A stretch of DNA of 32,000 nucleotides from Alphaproteobacteria bacterium (GTDB taxonomy: Bacteria; Pseudomonadota; Alphaproteobacteria; Rs-D84). The notes under the pieces were generated by a model, which saw nothing but the letters and a program-made list of their open reading frames with translations, did no database searches and had not been told where the DNA came from. Location: positions 16,373 through 48,372 of the forward strand of contig WRCC01000002.1 in NCBI GenBank assembly GCA_009784235.1. Direction: 5' to 3'. Both the position numbers and the translations under genes were made by a program. Position 1 is the stretch's first letter. Each line of letters begins with the position of its first letter. Below are positions 23,571 to 31,263 of the stretch, piece by piece.

Positions 23571-24509
23571 TCAGCTCTCATAATTGGTTATTATCAGCTC
23601 GCGCACTTCTCCGCGTTTGGATGCATCGCTGTTTACTGCGCGCCGCGCCGACACTCTGTGTATATTATATCCAGAATACAGATTGTCAAAAAATAAATCA
23701 TTCGTATCATGATTTGTCGGATCGGAATTGGACAACATTTGCATTGCACCTGCAAAATCCGCCTTTGCAAATACATCGGACAGTCTTGCCTGATCGGCAT
23801 CGTTAAATCCGCTTTTCGAGTATGATTTGAAAGATGCTGTCGCGCTTATCGGGCGATATGGCGGGTCATAATAAATAAAAGCGTCTTTGCCCGCAAACTG
23901 CAAAGATTCAGAGAAATCAGCACATTTTATAATGGCATTTTGCAAAGCGGAACTGGCGGCATGCAAATTATCCGCATCGCAAATTGTCGGATTGTCATAT
24001 CGCCCCATGGGGACATTGAACATTCCGTGTGAATTAACGCGATACAGGCCGTTATAACAAGTCTTGTTAAGAAAAACTGTCAAAGCCGCCCGGCCGATAA
24101 AATCACGCGAATATTTATTGGTATCAACGCCTTTGTCGTACTGATTATATTTATCGCGCAGGAAATAAAACAATCGCTCTCTGTCCAGAGAATTATAAAC
24201 TTTCTGCAATATCTCCAGCTCGGAAATTAAACTATCAACATCATTTTTAATAACATTGTAAAGAATTACCAGTTCAGGATTTATATCGAACAGAAAATTC
24301 TCAAACACATTAAACTTGTTTGATATATCAAAGAATACCGCGCCGCCGCCAATAAAAGGCTCTATATATCTTTTTATCCCGCTTGCTTTTAGCTTAATTG
24401 GGTATAAATCCGAAATCGTTGGTAACAACTGCCCCTTGCCACCGACCCATTTAAGAGGTGGGCGCGCAAAATCCTTGTCATCGAAAAATTTCAACGCGCT
24501 GGTTTTCAT
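23571..24509 (-). CDS. Site-specific DNA-methyltransferase (adenine-specific), Dam/D12 class (alpha group)
   Basis: PPLKWVGGKGQLL, the AdoMet motif EPFIGGGAVFF, NKTCYNGLYRVN, and catalytic DPPY (IYYDPPYRP). Confidence 0.92.
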   Translation of the reverse strand: MKTSALKFFDDKDFARPPLKWVGGKGQLLPTISDLYPIKLKASGIKRYIEPFIGGGAVFFDISNKFNVFENFLFDINPELVILYNVIKNDVDSLISELEILQKVYNSLDRERLFYFLRDKYNQYDKGVDTNKYSRDFIGRAALTVFLNKTCYNGLYRVNSHGMFNVPMGRYDNPTICDADNLHAASSALQNAIIKCADFSESLQFAGKDAFIYYDPPYRPISATASFKSYSKSGFNDADQARLSDVFAKADFAGAMQMLSNSDPTNHDTNDLFFDNLYSGYNIHRVSARRAVNSDASKRGEVRELIITNYES

Positions 24510-25820
24510 TTATTCTTCCAAGTAATCTCTCAATGACTGGCCGGATAGTGCGTGGCCGCGGGCCGGCGTCTGGTTGCGGACGATTTGCGTTATGCGCGGA
24601 GACATAAATACCACCAGCTCTGCAAACGGCGATATCAGCGTTTCCGGTGTTTGCACGAATGCATGCGTAGGAATTCCAATAATCACATAATTATCACCGA
24701 TGGTCGACGGGATTGTATAAGATGCGATTTCGCCCTGATTCGTGCGCAGCGCAACCGTCGCGTCCAATTTTTTCATGCCTGCGTAATCGCCGAATTTCGC
24801 GGTCGCACCGATTATCAGGTTTGTTTCCAATCGTTCTTCGCGTGAACATTGCCCGATATCAAACCGCGATTGCCATCCGTTTGGTATTGAAAATGTACCC
24901 TGCGAAATCAAGACCACATTCGATTGTTGCGCCAAGAATGCCTGCAATGTTTTTGTATTTATTTCCGGACCAACAACCAGCGCGCGCCCAACAACCCCCG
25001 GTATCGACATACGGATATTCTGTTGCCCCAGCGCAGGCAACATATTCATCCAGATAATTGGATTGTCGCTGCGCGGATATACGCGATATACATCAATGTC
25101 CCATGCGATAATATATTTCTGTGCGCCCAAATCGGCAATAATGCGACGCACGTCACGTTCAGTCTGGAAATTGCCCGCAAATTCCATTGTTTTATCTTGC
25201 CAGTTAACCAGCAAGTTGCGAATTTCCGCACCGCGCATCGCATCAATCAAAGCCATAATAACAGATTCGTCGCGCGGCATTTTGACCAGCCATCGTGTCC
25301 GCCGCATTATGCGCAATTCGCGCGCATCATCATCGTATGAATAATAAGCGCGCCCCATCCGCGCAATCAGCGCGACCGCATCAGACAATTCGCCGGATTT
25401 TATATCGCCGGAAATTTTATCGATTATCGGCTCTTCCTCAATCACAACAATTTTCGTACCGGACAATAATTTTTCCAAAACTTCTTTGACGGTCTGATTT
25501 TGGAATGAAAAATTTTCAACCGCAAACCCTGGCAATTCATCGCCAGTACCCAGATTTATCATTTCAATGACTTCTTCGGGCAAATTAGACTTCACGCGCT
25601 GATTATCCCAGTCAACCGTACAGCGTTTCGGCAAATCCAGCGCAAACCGGCGTGCAGTATCGGTTGTCAACGCTGCCTTGCGCGGGAAAATCGGCACAGA
25701 CCGTTCATCGATAACCAGGTTATCAATAACGGTGACTAATTCAAAGTCAGGCACATTGTTGCGTGGCTGGCACGCCGCAACAATCAAACAACAAATAACC
25801 AACATATATATTCGTCTCAT
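24510..25820 (-). CDS. Outer-membrane lipoprotein with a secretin-like C-terminal region (function unknown)
   Basis: Lipobox LIVAAC. The C-terminus (...NVVLISQGTFSIPNG...DATVALRTNQGEIASYTIPSTIGDNYVIIGIPTHAF...AELVVFMSPRIT) recalls the end of secretin domains (...ELLIFITPRI). No pilus or secretion genes lie nearby. The stop abuts the MTase ATG (TAAATG). Confidence 0.75.
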   Translation of the reverse strand: MRRIYMLVICCLIVAACQPRNNVPDFELVTVIDNLVIDERSVPIFPRKAALTTDTARRFALDLPKRCTVDWDNQRVKSNLPEEVIEMINLGTGDELPGFAVENFSFQNQTVKEVLEKLLSGTKIVVIEEEPIIDKISGDIKSGELSDAVALIARMGRAYYSYDDDARELRIMRRTRWLVKMPRDESVIMALIDAMRGAEIRNLLVNWQDKTMEFAGNFQTERDVRRIIADLGAQKYIIAWDIDVYRVYPRSDNPIIWMNMLPALGQQNIRMSIPGVVGRALVVGPEINTKTLQAFLAQQSNVVLISQGTFSIPNGWQSRFDIGQCSREERLETNLIIGATAKFGDYAGMKKLDATVALRTNQGEIASYTIPSTIGDNYVIIGIPTHAFVQTPETLISPFAELVVFMSPRITQIVRNQTPARGHALSGQSLRDYLEE

Positions 25821-25834
25821 CCACTCGACCTTTT

Positions 25835-25909
25835 AAGTTTGAAGTAGGAAGTTTGAAGTTTGAAGAAATTATCTCTTCCGGCTTCAACCTTCAAACTTTC
25901 TCCTTTGAC
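25835..25909. repeat. Head-to-head dimer of the CTTCAAA/AAGTTTG heptamer module (copy D2)
   Basis: Left block 25835-25869 is aagtttg aagtagg aagtttg aagtttg aagaaat. The centre is tatct. Right block 25875-25909 is cttccgg cttcaac cttcaaa ctttctc ctttgac. Confidence 0.85.
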
Positions 25910-26220
25910 TAAATATTCATTACTTTTTCAAATTCTTCCAGTGTCATTTCGTGCACAGGCTTTTTGCTGGGCGTAACCCAATCTGATATTTCAGCAAATT
26001 CCGCGCGGTATTTTTCGATTTGCCCGCGCGTTTTTTCATCCGCACTGGTTCCAATTTTACCACCCATCGCGACCAACATTTCAAGTGTGTCCGCCGCAAA
26101 GAACCGCCCGGCATAATTTTCGATTGGCACACCACCCTTTTGGGTTGCAATCGCAGACATGACCGTTTTCATGTATTCATAAAACCCGGCCAAGTTATTG
26201 AACTTTTCTATATTAGTCAT
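25909..26220 (-). CDS. Hypothetical protein (103 aa)
   Basis: Start at ATG 26220 after SD aagggaa (MTNIEKFNNLAGFYEYMKTV...). I recognised no domain. Confidence 0.6.
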   Translation of the reverse strand: MTNIEKFNNLAGFYEYMKTVMSAIATQKGGVPIENYAGRFFAADTLEMLVAMGGKIGTSADEKTRGQIEKYRAEFAEISDWVTPSKKPVHEMTLEEFEKVMNI

Positions 26221-26254
26221 TTCCCTTGTCCCTCTTTCTGCATTATAAAAACTA

Positions 26255-26283
26255 TTGCCTGGGTAAAGCAATTAAATTATAAT
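26255..26283 (+). promoter_or_regulatory. Putative sigma70 promoter giving a near-leaderless mRNA for the 26293 lipoprotein gene
   Basis: TTGCCT (26255-60), a 17-nt spacer, then TATAAT (26278-83). The ATG follows only 9 nt later, and I saw no SD. Confidence 0.4.
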
Positions 26284-26292
26284 GCAATCACT

Positions 26293-26679
26293 ATGAGAAA
26301 ATTAGTGCTGCTGGCAGCATGTTCTTTGTTGTTTTCCGCGTGTTCTTCATCGAACCGCGGGTCGATTGATAACGCAACCATATTAAACTGGGAAAATGAA
26401 ATGGTCACAATGGAACAATTCGTCCGCGACCATAAATATTGCCTGGGTATAACGCGACCGCCGCACGCGCCGCGTTCACGCATTTCCAAGATGTTAATGC
26501 CGAACCAGGCCGCCCAAATGCCCAATTGGGAAGGTTTATGGGTAACATTCCAATCGAACGAACACCGCGATACGGGCCAGCGGATATTAATGTCCGTTCC
26601 ACCAAATACCGCGACTAAATCAGTAAATTCTTACCGCCAGTGCATGTTCCGCCGCGGATACCTGTTGCGCGCGAATTAA
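26293..26679 (+). CDS. Hypothetical lipoprotein (128 aa)
   Basis: MRKLVLLAACSLLFSAC lipobox. The track ORF start at 26020 lies antisense to the neighbouring gene, so I reject it. Confidence 0.7.
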   Translation: MRKLVLLAACSLLFSACSSSNRGSIDNATILNWENEMVTMEQFVRDHKYCLGITRPPHAPRSRISKMLMPNQAAQMPNWEGLWVTFQSNEHRDTGQRILMSVPPNTATKSVNSYRQCMFRRGYLLRAN

Positions 26680-27245
26680 CGTGATTTTTTCATAAACTGA
26701 TTCTCGTCCGCCCAGCGGTCACCGAATTTATCATAAATTGCACGCTTGCGTATGCCGATAAATTCATATCCACATTTCGCAGCAACTTTCTCACTTGCCC
26801 AATTTCGGTCGTTTTTATCGAAAAAATGGCACGATAATATTATTTCGCGGGCGCCCATTGTCCATAATTCAGATTCCAGCGCAGACACCGCGCGTGATGC
26901 GATGCCGCACCCGGCCACATCTTTATCCACAAAATATCCCAAATTGCCAATCCGACCAGTTTTATAATTAATGTCACGAGCGTATACTTCGCCAACGTAT
27001 TTATTATCAACAAATATATCATAAAAATCATCGGTCATGGCATGAATCCCAGCCAAGCGCGCGATAATTAGGCGTAAACAGTCATCTGGTGATTTGCAAT
27101 CGCGCAACGAAAACCGCCAAGGATAGAAAAAATCATTCCGCTGCAAAACATCAAACATCGCCGCACTATGTGTGCGCGACGCCACCGGCCGACGCAGTTC
27201 CAGCCCATCACCAATGATTATTTCCTTGAATGGTTTCTTTCGCAT
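26676..27245 (-). CDS. GNAT family N-acetyltransferase (RimJ/RimL-like)
   Basis: Start at ATG 27245 (alternative 27272). The track start at 27350 overlaps the tRNA-Tyr 3' end (27341-27350) and spans its terminator. Acetyl-CoA-binding-like region LGYFVDKDVAGCGIASRAVSALE. Confidence 0.75.
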   Translation of the reverse strand: MRKKPFKEIIIGDGLELRRPVASRTHSAAMFDVLQRNDFFYPWRFSLRDCKSPDDCLRLIIARLAGIHAMTDDFYDIFVDNKYVGEVYARDINYKTGRIGNLGYFVDKDVAGCGIASRAVSALESELWTMGAREIILSCHFFDKNDRNWASEKVAAKCGYEFIGIRKRAIYDKFGDRWADENQFMKKSR

Positions 27246-27304
27246 ATATGGAACATAAAGCGAACCCCGCATAAATTGAATTAAATAAATATAACGAATT
27301 ATAT

Positions 27305-27333
27305 GAAAAAATAAAACCGCCACAACGGCGGTT
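27305..27333 (-). terminator. Rho-independent terminator of the tRNA operon
   Basis: Minus strand reads AACCGCCgttgtGGCGGTTttatttttt, starting 8 nt after the tRNA-Tyr CCA end. Confidence 0.65.
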
Positions 27334-27340
27334 AAATTTC

Positions 27341-27426
27341 TGGTGGGCATGGATAGATTCGAACCATCTCAGTCTAAGACAACAGATTTACAGTCTGCCC
27401 CGGCTCTCCGACTCCGGCGCATGCCC
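27341..27426 (-). tRNA. tRNA-Tyr (GUA)
   Basis: 86 nt: GGGCATG..GCAGA-CTGTAAA-TCTGT, a long variable arm, T-arm GATGG-TTCGAAT-CTATC, acceptor CATGCCC, and an encoded ACCA. Confidence 0.93.
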
Positions 27427-27437
27427 AAAGCAAATCT

Positions 27438-27512
27438 TGGTGCGGGCAGAGGGAATCGAACCCTCATCTCAAGCTTGGAAGGCTCGCATACTAGCCTTTG
27501 TACTATGCCCGC
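27438..27512 (-). tRNA. tRNA-Gly (UCC)
   Basis: 75 nt: GCGGGCA-TA-GTAC..GTAT-G-CGAGC-CTTCCAA-GCTTG-AGAT-GAGGG-TTCGATT-CCCTC-TGCCCGC-ACCA. Confidence 0.93.
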
Positions 27513-27529
27513 AGTGATTTTGCCGGTGC

Positions 27530-27557
27530 ATTATAACTATTTTTACCAAGAATGCAA
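27530..27557 (-). promoter_or_regulatory. Putative sigma70 promoter of the tRNA-Gly/tRNA-Tyr operon
   Basis: Minus strand reads TTGCAT (27557-52), a 16-nt spacer, then TATAAT (27535-30), 17 nt before the tRNA-Gly 5' end. Confidence 0.55.
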
Positions 27558-27567
27558 GTTTTATAGA

Positions 27568-27595
27568 TTGAAAAACCACTTCCATTTTTTATAAT
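27568..27595 (+). promoter_or_regulatory. Putative sigma70 promoter of the 27630 gene
   Basis: TTGAAA (27568-73), a 16-nt spacer, then TATAAT (27590-95). SD aaagga lies 6 nt before ATG 27630. Confidence 0.5.
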
Positions 27596-27629
27596 ATGCT
27601 CTTATCATGTAATTAACAAAGGATTGTAC

Positions 27630-27971
27630 ATGACCAAGATTTTCCGATTTTTGTTTGTCCCTGTTTTATTGTTCGCGTTAATGTCCGGCGCATCTGCCGA
27701 TTGGTGCCAGAAACTGGGCGGCGGGATGGAGCCTTGCGGCGGTAAACCAAACGACACATGGGTCGAATGTCACAGCGACTGGATGGGTGGTTCTATGGGC
27801 TGGTGCCTGCCGTCTAACAGTTCATCCGGAAAAAAGAAAAGCAACAACTCTATGACAACAACGCTGGTCGCGGTTGGTGTCGGCGTAGTATTCGTCGGCG
27901 CGATGTGGTATATTTTCCGCACACCTAAATCAGACCATAATCCCGGTCAAGTTAAATTGGTATCGTTTTGA
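27630..27971 (+). CDS. Hypothetical secreted/membrane protein (signal peptide, 4-Cys domain, C-terminal TM)
   Basis: MTKIFRFLFVPVLLFALMSGASA-DWCQKLGGGMEPCGG...CHSDWMGGSMGWC... followed by the TM segment TTTLVAVGVGVVFVGAMWYIF. Confidence 0.65.
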   Translation: MTKIFRFLFVPVLLFALMSGASADWCQKLGGGMEPCGGKPNDTWVECHSDWMGGSMGWCLPSNSSSGKKKSNNSMTTTLVAVGVGVVFVGAMWYIFRTPKSDHNPGQVKLVSF

Positions 27972-27982
27972 GAAACAAAATT

Positions 27983-28104
27983 GTCATTGCGAACACAGTG
28001 AAGCAATCCAGTTAATAAATTATTTTTATAAAATTGTAGGGGCGCATATTTGCGCCCCTTTATCAATCAACTGGATTGCTTTGTCGCTTACGCTCCTCGC
28101 TGTC
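27983..28104. repeat. Palindromic repeat family B, copy B2, with a family A-type hairpin nested in its loop
   Basis: Arms are gtcattgcgaacacagtgaagcaatccagtt (27983-28012) and aactggattgctttgtcgcttacgctcctcgctgtc (28069-28104). The loop contains gtaGGGGCGCAtattTGCGCCCCt (28036-28059). It fills the gap between two convergent genes. Confidence 0.8.
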
Positions 28105-28512
28105 TTAATTCGCACATCTGTTGCAAGAATTACGAACAACCTGGCGTTCAGATGTATTTCCAACATGCTGGTACACTGTTACCGGCTGATAAACCGCATA
28201 ATGATTAATTACTTCGCTGTGCGTATGAACGCGAACGGGTGCTGCGGCACGTTGTGCGCATGGCGCGGCAACGCGGGCTTGACCACAATTTGCACGCTGG
28301 CATCCACATGAACGTGCGGATTGCATAGATGTTACATGATAAACCGGCTGTTGTTGGATATTTTGAACACGTGCGGTTTCTTGCGTTGTCGTGCGAACGG
28401 TACGATAATAGCCAACAGATTGCCCGCCGTCGTGCGGGAAACCGCTGTCCGATGCCATTGCTGAACCCGCTGCAAACATTGCAATCATTGGTAAAATTAA
28501 CAATTTTTTCAT
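28105..28512 (-). CDS. Hypothetical secreted protein (135 aa)
   Basis: Signal peptide MKKLLILPMIAMFAAGSAMA and SD aaaaggag. Gln/Val/Cys-rich, with repeated VY(H/Q) motifs. I recognised no domain. Confidence 0.65.
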   Translation of the reverse strand: MKKLLILPMIAMFAAGSAMASDSGFPHDGGQSVGYYRTVRTTTQETARVQNIQQQPVYHVTSMQSARSCGCQRANCGQARVAAPCAQRAAAPVRVHTHSEVINHYAVYQPVTVYQHVGNTSERQVVRNSCNRCAN

Positions 28513-28536
28513 ATTAACTCCTTTTGGATTAAACCA

Positions 28537-28564
28537 AATATAGCACTTAATGTATAATTGTCAA
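28537..28564 (-). promoter_or_regulatory. Putative sigma70 promoter of the 28512 gene
   Basis: Minus strand reads TTGACA (28564-59), a 16-nt spacer, then TATATT (28542-37). Confidence 0.5.
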
Positions 28565-28640
28565 GTTTAATTTAAAGAATCAAATATGGCACTTTTACAG
28601 CCTTTAACATTGACCATGGACTTTTTGCCATGACAATTAA

Positions 28641-28665
28641 AAACACCCCTTTCGGGGTGTTTTTA
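28641..28665. terminator. Bidirectional rho-independent terminator (after the ligase gene)
   Basis: aaaaACACCCCtttcGGGGTGTtttt. Confidence 0.7.
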
Positions 28666-30243
28666 ATTATGCTGTAACGGATATGTGCCGGATTCCAGCC
28701 TTTCCCGCACAACATGATGTTTCACTTTTTGCGTGGATGTCAAAGGCAAGTCTTCCATAGTCATCGCAAAATGGGTCACCCATTTATACGACGCGACTTT
28801 TTTATTTTTCTCTGCGATTGCCTTGGCCAATTTATCCATCGTCATGCCTTGCTCAACTTGGAAAACGCCGTATGATACGGTTTTCCCACGAACCACATGT
28901 TCGAACACAGCAACATTCTTAACGCCTTTGATTTCCAGGAACATTGCTTCCAATTCATCTGGATACACGTTTTTCCCGGAATCCAAAACAATGATTTGTT
29001 TTTTACGACCATGAAAATGCAGTTCACCGTTTTTATCCATCGACACCAAATCACCCGTATTAAAAAACCCGCGCTCATCAAATACTTCGGAATTCGCCGC
29101 CGGATTGGATAAATATCCGCCGAACACTTGATGCCCGCGCAGCCACAAAACGCCGATGCCGGCATCGTTCTTTTCGCGGATTTCGCATTCGTTATTCGTA
29201 ATCGGTCCACCGAAAGCGTACGGCACGCGGCCTTTGCGCGGTTTCGATATGCAGATTGGCCCAACTGTTTCGGTCAAACCATATCCCTGGATAAATGTCA
29301 GCCCCAAACGTTCATAAAACTTTTCCACTTCTGGTTTCGTTGCGGCACCGCCGGCGATAAGCAGACGTGCACGGCCACCGAATACAGCCAGGACTTGTTC
29401 TTGAATTTTTTCGACCAAGAATCCCAGTCCGATTTTTTTCAGTGTATTTCCGTATTTCAGAACAATACGTGCCAACCACCATTTCTTTTTGGCCTTTATT
29501 CCGTCAATAATTTTATTGCGGAAAACTTCCCAAACGCGTGGCACGGCCGGAATAATATGCGGACGATATTTTTTAAAGTCGGCCAGAATTTCCGCCGGAT
29601 TAACCGTTGCTTGCAAAACAATATTTCCGCGGAATTCAATGGTTGCCAATATTTCAATCGCAAATCCATAAACGTGGTACATCGGCAAAAATCCATACAG
29701 AGTATCGCCACGATGTATCCATTCTGACATATCTTGCAAAGACGCTGCACATTCAACCAAGTTATAATGGGTCAATGGCACAATTTTCGGGTTTCCAGTC
29801 GAACCAGATGTGAACGACAATGTCGCAATATCCAGCGATTCAACCGCCGCCGGTTTCAATTTCGCCGGTGCGGCTTTGTCTTTGGATTCGATATCAAAGA
29901 ATTCGAAACTTTTCGTTTTATAGAAAAACTTCTTTTCCGCCGCAACGACTTTACAATCGGTTAATTTGGCCATATTGTCGTATTCAAACGGCGTCAAATT
30001 AGTATCCAGCAACAGACATTGTCCACCCAAATACCAAACTGCAAACGCGGTCAATGGGAATTCAGGAATATTGTGCGCCAAGATTCCAACGACGGAACCT
30101 TTGCCAACGCCCATCGCAGCCAGCGTGCCGGCGCGTTTTTTGACGCTTTCATTAAACTGTGTGTATGTGACATTTTCACGCGTCAGAAACACATGGTCCG
30201 GGGCGTCATTAACGGCCCGTTCCAAAAATTTATACATGTTCAT
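28663..30243 (-). CDS. AMP-dependent synthetase/ligase (long-chain fatty acid-CoA ligase-like)
   Basis: AMP-binding signature LSFTSGSTGNPK, plus GYGLTET, TGDL and the GRKKQIIVLDSGKNVYPDELE blocks. Confidence 0.88.
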   Translation of the reverse strand: MNMYKFLERAVNDAPDHVFLTRENVTYTQFNESVKKRAGTLAAMGVGKGSVVGILAHNIPEFPLTAFAVWYLGGQCLLLDTNLTPFEYDNMAKLTDCKVVAAEKKFFYKTKSFEFFDIESKDKAAPAKLKPAAVESLDIATLSFTSGSTGNPKIVPLTHYNLVECAASLQDMSEWIHRGDTLYGFLPMYHVYGFAIEILATIEFRGNIVLQATVNPAEILADFKKYRPHIIPAVPRVWEVFRNKIIDGIKAKKKWWLARIVLKYGNTLKKIGLGFLVEKIQEQVLAVFGGRARLLIAGGAATKPEVEKFYERLGLTFIQGYGLTETVGPICISKPRKGRVPYAFGGPITNNECEIREKNDAGIGVLWLRGHQVFGGYLSNPAANSEVFDERGFFNTGDLVSMDKNGELHFHGRKKQIIVLDSGKNVYPDELEAMFLEIKGVKNVAVFEHVVRGKTVSYGVFQVEQGMTMDKLAKAIAEKNKKVASYKWVTHFAMTMEDLPLTSTQKVKHHVVRERLESGTYPLQHN

Positions 30244-30410
30244 TGTATATAAACCTTATTTTTATAATTGTTTTTATATTGGACTGGCGGTATTATATAT
30301 TGAAAAATAATAAAAGCAAAATGAAAAATTGATGCGCTGCGGGAATTCTGCCCAGGACACAGTTTTTTAATTTTACTTTGTATTTATTTGATAATTATAT
30401 GGTGATTACT

Positions 30411-31208
30411 ATGATGATACTTTCAATTAATATTAATTCTATTCGTGCACACATGGAAAGCTTTCTGACCATTGCTGAATCTGGCGAATACGACACGATT
30501 ATCGTCCAGGAATTAAAAGTCGAAGACAATGGTTTCCCGCACATGATGTTCGAGCATCTGGGATACAATATCAAAGTGTTCGGCCAGAAATCCTGGAACG
30601 GCGTCGCGGTGTTTTCCAAATATTCCATCGAAGATGTCACGCGCAATATGCCGCATTTCGCCGACCCATCTGCACGCATGATTGAATGCGTGATTGACGG
30701 CAAATGGCGATTAATTAATGTTTATATGCCAAACGGCGAAAGCGTCGATAGTCCAAAGTTCCCGTACAAGATAGACTGGATGAATCATTTCAGCGACCAT
30801 ATTCATAAATTATTGAATTCCGAAGAACCGGTAATAATCGGTGGTGATTTCAATGTCGCAATCGAAGACCGCGATGTCTGGAATCCGAAACAGTATGAAG
30901 GAAGCTCTATCTCTGCACCGGCCGCACGCAAAATTATGCAAGAATGGCTGGATGGCCCCGGCGCGCCGGAGTATAGCGGAGGCGGATGGCTGGATTGTTA
31001 CCGGAAATATAATCCGGACGAAGAAAATCCGTGGACTTGGATTGGATATCGCGGCGGGTCGATACACAAAAACCACGGTCTACGATTGGATTATTTTATT
31101 ACGAACCATGCTGCATCAAAGCATGTGAAAAATTGCTATATCGATATGCGTCCGCGGGAACACCATAAACCAACGGACCATTGCGGACTTGTACTTGAAA
31201 TCGCATAA
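30411..31208 (+). CDS. xth: Exodeoxyribonuclease III
   Basis: Start at ATG 30411, so that MMILSININSIRA aligns with E. coli MKFVSFNINGLRA. Also IIVQELKV, NGVAVFSK, NVYMPNG, IGGDFNV, GLRLDY and PTDHCGLVLE. Confidence 0.92.
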   Translation: MMILSININSIRAHMESFLTIAESGEYDTIIVQELKVEDNGFPHMMFEHLGYNIKVFGQKSWNGVAVFSKYSIEDVTRNMPHFADPSARMIECVIDGKWRLINVYMPNGESVDSPKFPYKIDWMNHFSDHIHKLLNSEEPVIIGGDFNVAIEDRDVWNPKQYEGSSISAPAARKIMQEWLDGPGAPEYSGGGWLDCYRKYNPDEENPWTWIGYRGGSIHKNHGLRLDYFITNHAASKHVKNCYIDMRPREHHKPTDHCGLVLEIA

Positions 31209-31235
31209 CGATTTCAAGGAAGATAACAGATAGTA

Positions 31236-31263
31236 TATATGCTATCTAGTATCTAATATCTCT
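31236..31263. repeat. Short heptamer array (TATCTNN) overlapping the 3' end of tsaE
   Basis: tatatgc tatctag tatctaa tatctct. On the minus strand it encodes the last residues and the stop of TsaE (..RDIRY*). Confidence 0.35.

Noticed and set aside
26923-26931. A perfect DnaA-box-like TTATCCACA.
   Set aside because: It is a single occurrence inside the GNAT coding region, with no cluster, no AT-rich unwinding element and no dnaA/dnaN context.
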